The translations under genes were made by a program, and so were the position numbers. A DNA stretch of 16,105 nt. Source: Promethearchaeota archaeon. GTDB taxonomy: Archaea; Asgardarchaeota; Lokiarchaeia; Sigyniarchaeales; SOKP01. The DNA is taken from assembly GCA_048938895.1 (NCBI GenBank), contig JBHLLU010000076.1:1-16105 (forward strand). The letters run 5' to 3'. The notes below the pieces were generated by a model. That model searched no databases. It saw nothing but the letters and a program-made list of their open reading frames with translations, and was not told the DNA's origin. Shown here piece by piece: positions 1-7,025 of this stretch. Within the stretch, counting starts at the first letter, position 1. Every line of letters starts with the position of its first letter.

Positions 1-10
1 AAAAAAAAAA
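1..10 (-). terminator. Putative oligo-T terminator of ligase 1
   Basis: An A10 run on + (T10 on -) lies about 46 nt after the stop. It is cut by the window edge. Confidence 0.4.
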
Positions 11-56
11 TAATATTTTAATTTAGAAATATTGATAGAATCTAAAAAAGCTTGGA

Positions 57-1808
57 TCATGGATTAACTTGAGTAATCTGTTTATCAGTTCGCATGTCTT
101 TAGCTATTGCTAGAAACTTGTCTATATTCTTTCTAATTTCTATTTTATCAAACTTTCCTACACTTGTTCTTGGTATTTCATTAGTAATTGCTACAAGTTT
201 AGGAAGCATCCATTTAGTTATTTTTCCCTTATCCACCCCTTCAGCACTGAGAAAGTCAATTAAATCTTGTTCATTCTTATCAGAACCGGGAACGAGTTTT
301 ACTATAGCCATTGCTTTTTCCCCCCATACTTCATCTGGAACTCCTACGACGGTAGCTTCGAGCACAAATTCGGCCATGGCAGTTAAATTTTCCAAGAGTA
401 CCGTAGGGATCATTTCTGCTCCGCTCCTTATGATATCCGACATCCTATCTGCGATAATTATAAAATCTTCTTCATCAATTTTTGCCATATCTCCTGTATG
501 AAACCATCCATCATACCATACCTCAGCAGTCTTTTCAGGATTTTTATAATATTTCTCCGTTACCCAGGGGCCACGGATAATAATCTCTCCAAGAGTACTA
601 TTATCATGAGGAATTGGTGTTCCATTTTCATCTACAACTTCTATATCTAGTCCTGGAACAGGTAAACCTGTTTTTACTCTTACTTCATCTAATTTCTCTT
701 TTGGCCAGTCACGCATATATTTTTTTATGAATGCTGTAATAGTAGTAGGAGCAGTCTCAGTCATTCCATATCCCGAGCCTGCATTAATTTGTGGAAACTT
801 TTTCTCGATCTTAGTTTTTAGACCTAATGGTAAAGCTCCGCCACCGACACCTACCCTAACAAGACTACTTAAATCATATTTGTCGATATCTTTGTATTCA
901 AGCAGCAAAGCTAATATAGTTGGAACAACTCCTACTGAAGTTACCTTCTCTGACTGAACAAGTTCACAAAATCCTTCAACTGTAAACGTTCCGGGTAGCA
1001 CAATCCTTAATGCCATGAAAACAGAGGTAAATGGGGCACCCCAAGCATGGATATGATATAGGGGTGTGAGCATCATAGGAATCGCATTTTCTCCTAGATA
1101 TACAGCTTCAGGGCTGTTGCTGAACAAACCATAAGCAAGGGTGTGTATTATCAATAAATAAATAGCTCTATGAGTGAACATAGCCCCTTTTGGGAGGCCA
1201 GTTGTTCCAGTAGTATAACAAAGAGTTGCGTAATTGTCTTCACTTAGATGCGGCCATTCATACTCATCAGATTCCTTTTTAAGCAACTCTTCATACTCAA
1301 AAAGATTTTCTATCTTAGTATCAGGTAATCCCGGTTTATCAGACATATAAACAAAAATTTTTACTGTGTCTTTTATATGGTCATAGATACCTTCAACGAG
1401 GCGAAGGAGCAAATCATCAAAAAAGATAATTTTATCCTCCGCATGTTTTATTGTATAAATGATATGCTCTGGCGAAAGTCTTATATTTATGGGATGTAGG
1501 AGAGCCCCACTACAAGGTGCCGCATAATAAATCTCCAAATGTCTATGAGTGTTAAGTGCCATAGTTGCAACTCTATCTCCAGGCTTTCCTGGTTCCCCGG
1601 GATTAATCCCAAGAGTTTTCAAAGCATTTGCCAAACGGCATGTACGTTTGTACCATTCTATCCAAGTAAACCTAAAATATTGCCCAGTAACATGGTTTCT
1701 ATAAACTACTCCGATCTCATTTGGATAAACCCTCACTGGCCTTTTCATAAAAGTCGTAAGGAGGAGAGGGTAATGAGAACTATATTCAGGATAAGTTCTG
1801 TTTGCCGT
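57..1808 (-). CDS. AMP-dependent acyl-CoA ligase (long/medium-chain fatty acid-CoA ligase, ttLC-FACS/AlkK-like), paralog 1; start extended to ACG at 1808
   Basis: Motifs: P-loop YTTGTTGLPKG, GYGMTET, GWFHTGD, DRMSDIIRSG and C-terminal PRTSVGK. The track starts it at 1748, but the frame stays open 20 codons further (TANRTYPEYSSHYPLLLTTF), matching the paralog N-terminus MATKTYPEYSSHYPLLLTTF. This gives the same 1752-nt length as the paralog. Confidence 0.92.
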   Translation of the reverse strand, partial: TANRTYPEYSSHYPLLLTTFMKRPVRVYPNEIGVVYRNHVTGQYFRFTWIEWYKRTCRLANALKTLGINPGEPGKPGDRVATMALNTHRHLEIYYAAPCSGALLHPINIRLSPEHIIYTIKHAEDKIIFFDDLLLRLVEGIYDHIKDTVKIFVYMSDKPGLPDTKIENLFEYEELLKKESDEYEWPHLSEDNYATLCYTTGTTGLPKGAMFTHRAIYLLIIHTLAYGLFSNSPEAVYLGENAIPMMLTPLYHIHAWGAPFTSVFMALRIVLPGTFTVEGFCELVQSEKVTSVGVVPTILALLLEYKDIDKYDLSSLVRVGVGGGALPLGLKTKIEKKFPQINAGSGYGMTETAPTTITAFIKKYMRDWPKEKLDEVRVKTGLPVPGLDIEVVDENGTPIPHDNSTLGEIIIRGPWVTEKYYKNPEKTAEVWYDGWFHTGDMAKIDEEDFIIIADRMSDIIRSGAEMIPTVLLENLTAMAEFVLEATVVGVPDEVWGEKAMAIVKLVPGSDKNEQDLIDFLSAEGVDKGKITKWMLPKLVAITNEIPRTSVGKFDKIEIRKNIDKFLAIAKDMRTDKQITQVNP

Positions 1809-1814
1809 AACTCA

Positions 1815-1819
1815 TCACC
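1815..1819 (-). promoter_or_regulatory. Shine-Dalgarno GGTGA for ligase 1
   Basis: The minus strand reads GGTGA-tgagtt-ACG. The paralog reads GGTGA-ttaaat-ATG (3779-3775) with the same spacing. Confidence 0.7.
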
Positions 1820-1863
1820 AATTTAATTTTTTTTCACTTATGATATTATTTATAATTTCAAGA

Positions 1864-1950
1864 TTTATGATTTAGATCATAAAATCAGTATTATTTTTAT
1901 TTTAATCGTTATCATTTATATACTTTAAAAAAGTGAATACAATCTCAATT
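1864..1950 (-). promoter_or_regulatory. Promoter/operator block of ligase 1
   Basis: Contains a perfect inverted repeat TTTATGAT-ttag-ATCATAAA (1864-1883), a TATA-like TATATAAA on - (1922-1915), and a block conserved with 3872-3911. Confidence 0.55.
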
Positions 1951-1961
1951 TTAATATTTTT

Positions 1962-1969
1962 AAAAAAAA
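1962..1969 (-). terminator. Putative oligo-T terminator of ligase 2
   Basis: An A8 run on + lies about 47 nt after the stop, the same relative position as in paralog 1. Confidence 0.4.
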
Positions 1970-2016
1970 TCATAATTTAAACAATAATAAATAATGGAAT
2001 CTGGAAAATTCCTAAA

Positions 2017-3768
2017 CTATTGCTGAACTTGAGAAATGTATTTATCACTTCTCATATCCTTAGCTATTGCAAGAAACTTATCCAAATTTTTTCTAATTTC
2101 AATTTTATTAAATTTCCCTACACTTGTTCTGGGTATTTCATCGACAATAGCTATCAGTTTTGGAAGCATCCATTTAGTTATTTTTCCTTTATCTACACCT
2201 TCAACTGTAAGAAAATCTATTAGATCCTGTTCATTCTTATCGGCACCAGGAACAAGTTTTACTATAGCCATTGCTTTTTCCCCCCATACTTCATCTGGAA
2301 CACCTACTACTGTTGCTTCAAGTACGAAATCTGCCATAGCAGCTAAATTTTCAAGGAGCACCGTAGGGACCATTTCTGCTCCGCTCCTTATGATATCCGA
2401 CATCCTATCGGCAATGATTATAAAATCTTCCTCGTCAATTTTAGCCATATCCCCGGTATGAAACCATCCATCATACCATACCTCAGCGGTCTTTTCAGGA
2501 TTTTTATAGTATTTTTCCATTACCCAGGGACCACGAATGACAATCTCTCCAATAGTATTATTATCATGAGGAATTGGTGTTCCATTTCCGTCTACAACCT
2601 CAACTTCAAGTCCAGGTACAGCTAATCCTGTTTTTACTCTTACTTCATCTAATTTTTCTTTTGGCCAGTCACGCATATATTTTTTTACGAATGCTCCAAT
2701 TGTCCCAGGAGCAGTCTCGGTCATTCCATAGCCGGAGGAAGCTGAAATTTGTGGTATTTTTTTCTCGATCTTATTTTTTAATCCTAATGGTAAAGCTCCG
2801 CCACCTACACCTATCCTAACAAGACTACTTAAATCATATTTGTCGAGATCTTTATACTCAAGCAGTAAAGCTAATATAGTTGGAACCACAGCTACTGATG
2901 TTACCTTCTCTGTTTGAACAAGTTCACAGAATCCTTCAACTGTAAACGTTCCAGGTAATATAATGCGTAGTGCCATAAAAACATGGTAGAAAGGGGCGCC
3001 CCACCCATGAATATGAAATAGAGGTGTAATTATCATAGGAATTCCATTCTCTCCTAAATAGACCCGTGAAGGATCGTTGCTGAAAACACTGTAAGCAAGG
3101 CCGTGTATGATATATACATAAAGAGCCCTATGAGTGAACATAGCCCCTTTTGGGAGACCTGTAGTGCCTGTTGTATAACATAAAGTTGCATAGTTATCCT
3201 CGCTCAAATGAGGCCATTCATATTCATCAGATTCAGCTTTAAGCAATTCTTCATACTCATAGAGATTTTCTATCTTAGTGTCAGGTAATCCAGGTTTATC
3301 AGACATATAAACAAACATTTTTACAGTGTTTTTTATCTTATCGTAGATGCCTTCAACGAGAGGAAGAAGTAAATCATCAAAAAAGATTACTTTATCCTCT
3401 GCGTGATTTATTGTAAAAATTATATGCTCTGGTGAGAGCCTCACATTAATTGGATGCAACATAGCCCCACTACAAGGTGCCGCATAATAAATCTCCAAAT
3501 GTCTATGGTTGTTGAGTGCCATAGTTGCAACTCTATCTCCAGGTTTTCCAGGTTCACCAGGATTAATTTTTAGCGTTTTTAAGGCATTTGCTAAACGACA
3601 TGTACGTTTGTACCATTCTATCCAAGTAAACCTAAAATATTGCCCAGTAACATGGTTTCTGTAAACAACACCAATCTCACTTGGATAAACCCTCACTGGC
3701 CTTTTCATAAAAGTCGTAAGGAGGAGCGGATAATGAGAGCTATATTCTGGATATGTTTTAGTTGCCAT
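2017..3768 (-). CDS. AMP-dependent acyl-CoA ligase (long/medium-chain fatty acid-CoA ligase, ttLC-FACS/AlkK-like), paralog 2
   Basis: 583 aa with the same adenylate-forming motifs (YTTGTTGLPKG, GYGMTET, GWFHTGD, PRTSVGK). GGTGA SD lies 6 nt before the ATG. Confidence 0.95.
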   Translation of the reverse strand: MATKTYPEYSSHYPLLLTTFMKRPVRVYPSEIGVVYRNHVTGQYFRFTWIEWYKRTCRLANALKTLKINPGEPGKPGDRVATMALNNHRHLEIYYAAPCSGAMLHPINVRLSPEHIIFTINHAEDKVIFFDDLLLPLVEGIYDKIKNTVKMFVYMSDKPGLPDTKIENLYEYEELLKAESDEYEWPHLSEDNYATLCYTTGTTGLPKGAMFTHRALYVYIIHGLAYSVFSNDPSRVYLGENGIPMIITPLFHIHGWGAPFYHVFMALRIILPGTFTVEGFCELVQTEKVTSVAVVPTILALLLEYKDLDKYDLSSLVRIGVGGGALPLGLKNKIEKKIPQISASSGYGMTETAPGTIGAFVKKYMRDWPKEKLDEVRVKTGLAVPGLEVEVVDGNGTPIPHDNNTIGEIVIRGPWVMEKYYKNPEKTAEVWYDGWFHTGDMAKIDEEDFIIIADRMSDIIRSGAEMVPTVLLENLAAMADFVLEATVVGVPDEVWGEKAMAIVKLVPGADKNEQDLIDFLTVEGVDKGKITKWMLPKLIAIVDEIPRTSVGKFNKIEIRKNLDKFLAIAKDMRSDKYISQVQQ

Positions 3769-3821
3769 ATTTAATCACCAAATTATAATTTTTTATTCAG
3801 AATTTTATTATTTATAATTCA

Positions 3822-3911
3822 GAATTTTAGATTTCGATCATAAATTCATCATTAATTTTACGTAAATCGATATCATTTAAATACTTTAAACAAGTGAATA
3901 CATTCTCAATT
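3822..3911. promoter_or_regulatory. Divergent promoter/operator block between ligase 2 and the CoA-transferase operon
   Basis: Contains an imperfect inverted repeat GAATTTtaGAT-ttcg-ATCatAAATTC (3822-3847), a conserved AT-rich TATA-like block, and the near-palindrome GTGAAT-ac-ATTCTC (3894-3907). Confidence 0.55.
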
Positions 3912-3985
3912 CTTTAATTTGATACACCATTATAATTTTGTAGGATTAACATTTAATCAATATAAACCTAATCGGGCGTTATAAT

Positions 3986-4846
3986 ATGAGGAAGAGTAAG
4001 TTGATGTCTTTAGAAGATGCAATATCTACTTTGGTTCAAGATGGAGATTTAGTTGGATTTGGTGGCCTTTCATTTTGGCGTAAAGCAGCAAGTGGATGTC
4101 GAGAGATAATTAGACAGAATAAAAAAGATCTCTCTATTTGTACATTTGTCGGTGGTTTAGAAGTAGATATGCTCATAGCCGCTGGATGTGTTTCAGAAGT
4201 GAGAAGTTGTTTTGTGGGGATGGAAATATTTGGTATGGCACCTCACTATAGAAAAGCTGTAGAATCCGGTTCTGTGAAGATATCTGAAGAGAGTGAAGCT
4301 TCAATTGCACTTGGTTTGAGAGCATCTTACTTAAAAGTTCCATTCATGCCTTTAAAAGGAATTATTGGTACAGATCTTTCAAAAGTGAGAGAGGATATAA
4401 AGGAGATTGAAGATCCGCTAGGATCTGGAATAAAAGTGATGGCTCTTCCTAAAATCGATCTTGATGTTGCAATTTTACATGTTCCATATGCAGATGAGTA
4501 TGGTAACGGTAATATTTCAGGAGCGGTTTGGATGGATGCTGATATGGGAAAAACAGCAAAAAAGACAATTATAATTTGTGAAAAAATAGTTGAAATGGAG
4601 GATATCAGACATTTACCTGGAAAAGCACAACTACCAATGCAAACTACCACTGCTGTTGTGAAAATGCCTTTTGGTGCTCATCCTACAAGTTGTTATCCCA
4701 TCTATACTTTTGATCCATATCACATCCAGACTTATCTCAAAACTGATTTCAATGATTATCAGAGAAAATTTATTGAAATTAAATCTCATTCAGAGTACTT
4801 AGAAAATGTGGGAGGAGCTAAATCAATATTGAACATATTATTATAG
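3986..4846 (+). CDS. Family I CoA-transferase-like protein, alpha subunit (GctA/IpdA-like)
   Basis: Characteristic motifs: SKLMSLEDAI..VQDGD.VGFGG, DMLIAAGCV, GLRA...VPFMP..GIIGTD, DVAILHVPYADEYGNG and PFGAHPTSC. Confidence 0.9.
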   Translation: MRKSKLMSLEDAISTLVQDGDLVGFGGLSFWRKAASGCREIIRQNKKDLSICTFVGGLEVDMLIAAGCVSEVRSCFVGMEIFGMAPHYRKAVESGSVKISEESEASIALGLRASYLKVPFMPLKGIIGTDLSKVREDIKEIEDPLGSGIKVMALPKIDLDVAILHVPYADEYGNGNISGAVWMDADMGKTAKKTIIICEKIVEMEDIRHLPGKAQLPMQTTTAVVKMPFGAHPTSCYPIYTFDPYHIQTYLKTDFNDYQRKFIEIKSHSEYLENVGGAKSILNILL

Positions 4847-4882
4847 ATAATTTCATAAAATCCATAAATAAAGGAGAAAATT

Positions 4883-5671
4883 TTGACAGAATTAAACAAT
4901 ACTTTAGAATTGATTAAAAATCGAAGAACCATTCGAGCTTATAGAAAAACAGAATTATCTCAAGCAGAAATTGATACAATCATTCATGGAGCTATGAGAG
5001 CTCCTACAGCAGGAAACATGATGATGTATTCAATTCTTCAGATAACAGATCAAGACATGAAAGATAGACTAGTTAAAACCTGTGACAATCAGCCACACAT
5101 CGCTAAAGCTCCACTAGTTCTAATATTTTTAGCAGATATGCAACGTTGGTGGGATTATTTCTCAATTTGTAAGGTCCCTGAACTATGTCAGGAAATGGGT
5201 GAAGAGTTTCAGACACCTCAAGAATCTGATTTATTGCTTGCTTCTTGTGATGCTTTAATAGCTGCTCAAAATGCTGTCATTACTGCTGAATCTTTAGGAA
5301 TAGGTTCTTGTTATATTGGTGATATAATGGAAAATTATGAAATCCATCGAAAAATGTTTAATCTTCCGAACTGGACATTTCCCATTGCAATGGTTTGTTT
5401 TGGATACCCTAAGGGAGATAAAGAAAAAATTCCTTTAACTTCACGCTTTCCTCAGAAATTCATCCATTTTGAAAATAGATATAAAAGGTTAAATAAAGAA
5501 GAACTAACTGAAATGTTTCAAAATACAGATAGAAAAATAACTGAGCAAAAGGCTCAGAATTTGGGTCAGGATTTTTATCTTTGTAAAACAGGAGCTGATT
5601 TTTCGAAAGAAATGAGAAGATCAGTTAAAGGTGCATTAAGAGAGTGGTTGTTAGAGAGTAATATAAAATAA
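4883..5671 (+). CDS. Nitroreductase / NAD(P)H-flavin oxidoreductase (NfsA/Frp-like)
   Basis: Motifs RRTIRAY, RAPTAGN and DALIAAQNAVITAESLGIGSCYIG. TTG start with AAGGAG at 4871-4876. Confidence 0.92.
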   Translation: MTELNNTLELIKNRRTIRAYRKTELSQAEIDTIIHGAMRAPTAGNMMMYSILQITDQDMKDRLVKTCDNQPHIAKAPLVLIFLADMQRWWDYFSICKVPELCQEMGEEFQTPQESDLLLASCDALIAAQNAVITAESLGIGSCYIGDIMENYEIHRKMFNLPNWTFPIAMVCFGYPKGDKEKIPLTSRFPQKFIHFENRYKRLNKEELTEMFQNTDRKITEQKAQNLGQDFYLCKTGADFSKEMRRSVKGALREWLLESNIK

Positions 5672-5694
5672 AATTAACTTAAAAGGAGAAAAGT

Positions 5695-6573
5695 ATGAGT
5701 GAATATTCAAAAGATTATACTATAGATGAAATGATGACAGTTTTGATGTCAAGAGAAGTCAGAAATGATGATGTTATGATCGTTGGCGTTGCTACTCCAA
5801 TGGTATGGGCTGCATTTACCTTAGCAAAGGTAACTCATGCCCCAGATGCGATCTATCATTATATTATGGGAAATACATTTGTAACAGAACCTCGTCAAGT
5901 TAGTCTACTTTACCTTGAATTAAACACGGCTAGAGCCTATCGATTTCAAGACAGTGTGGAATGCACATTAGAATCTCTTCCTTCTGATAAATTAACTACT
6001 ATTGAATTCTTTAGACCCGCGCAAATTGACCAATATGGGAACACGAATAATATATGTATAGGGAGTTGGAATAAACCAATAATAAGGCTTCCAGGTGCTG
6101 CTGGGATACTTGATTTTAGCATGTTTTATGCACGTGGGTCTTTCCTTTATACACCAAGACATGACACAAGAACTTTTGTTCCTACTGAAAAACTTGACTT
6201 CATATCTGGTGTAGGATTTCCAGATGGAAAACCATCTATATGTGGTGGATCTGGGCCACAGTGTGTTATAACTAATCTTGCGTATTTAGATTTCGTTAAT
6301 AACTCTAAATGGATGAAATTAGGAACAATTCATCCAGGCGTTGAACTTGAAACTGTTAAAAATTCAACTGAATTTGAGTTAATTATACCAGATGAATTGA
6401 AAGAAACTATTCCACCAACATTAAGACAAATAAAATTATTGAGGGAAAAAGTAGATCCATTGAATATTAGGAAATTAGAAGTACTTTCAGGAAAAGAACG
6501 GGAAGAACTATTAGATGATATAATTCAAAAAGAATTAGATAAACAAAATAAGTTCCCTAAGTTATTAATTTAG
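5695..6573 (+). CDS. Family I CoA-transferase-like protein, beta subunit (GctB-like)
   Basis: Motifs DYTIDEMM, AK.THAPD, AQIDQYGNTN, RLPGAAG, DFISGVG, VITNLA and IHPGV. AAGGAG SD at 5682-5687. Confidence 0.88.
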   Translation: MSEYSKDYTIDEMMTVLMSREVRNDDVMIVGVATPMVWAAFTLAKVTHAPDAIYHYIMGNTFVTEPRQVSLLYLELNTARAYRFQDSVECTLESLPSDKLTTIEFFRPAQIDQYGNTNNICIGSWNKPIIRLPGAAGILDFSMFYARGSFLYTPRHDTRTFVPTEKLDFISGVGFPDGKPSICGGSGPQCVITNLAYLDFVNNSKWMKLGTIHPGVELETVKNSTEFELIIPDELKETIPPTLRQIKLLREKVDPLNIRKLEVLSGKEREELLDDIIQKELDKQNKFPKLLI

Positions 6574-6680
6574 TGCTATATTAAAGCTAACTCTCAGCTT
6601 CTTAATTTTTTATACTTGATTTTTAATTTACATTTCCGAAAAAATTAACTAGCAAAATTTAATATCTATTTAATTAAGTA

Positions 6681-6709
6681 TTTTTACTACACTAGAAGTA
6701 ATTTTACGT
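6681..6709. promoter_or_regulatory. Shared intergenic motif, copy 1 (TTACT-N8-AGTAA core)
   Basis: tttttactacactagaagtaattttacgt is 26/29 identical to 13462-13490. Confidence 0.6.
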
Positions 6710-7025
6710 CAGAAATTGAGCAGTCCAAAGCCAGTAAGGATATTTCTTGGAGAAGAATGGATAAAATATCCGTATAATTACCAAAATCCAACAATCTTAT
6801 ACTCAGTATATCTGACAATGCAATTGATTTGATCAAGCACTATGAATTGAATCTATATATTGTCATTCTAAATTCTCTACATTAAGATTTTGGGGTTTTA
6901 TGCCCAATAAAATTTATTTATATTTTTTTGTAAAAAGGAATAAATAAAAATTCTCAAAATATGCTAATATTTATACTTAATTATTCGATGTTAAATAGAT
7001 TAATAGATGATTTGAGGGGTTTATA

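Larger units (their letters stand above)
57..3911. repeat. Tandem duplication, unit about 1960 bp (ligase gene plus upstream region)
   Basis: 57-1808 aligns without gaps to 2017-3768 (offset 1960), for example a 62-bp identical tract at 1639-1700 and 3599-3660. The upstream blocks 1911-1950 and 3872-3911 also align. Confidence 0.93.

Noticed and set aside
57-1808. Calling ligase 1 a pseudogene
   Set aside because: The frame is intact, all catalytic motifs are retained and many differences are synonymous. Only the start codon is atypical.
94-2819. Plus-strand ORFs 94-501, 727-957, 1539-1826, 2020-2223, 2036-2461 and 2574-2819
   Set aside because: They are antisense shadows of the ligases. 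Their mutual similarity follows from the duplication and they carry no motifs.
4327-4650. Minus-strand 107-aa ORF
   Set aside because: Antisense shadow inside the CoA-transferase alpha gene.
4883-5671. BluB (DMB synthase) assignment for the nitroreductase because of the nearby B12 genes
   Set aside because: Its length and C-terminal extension fit NfsA/Frp, and it lies in a different operon.
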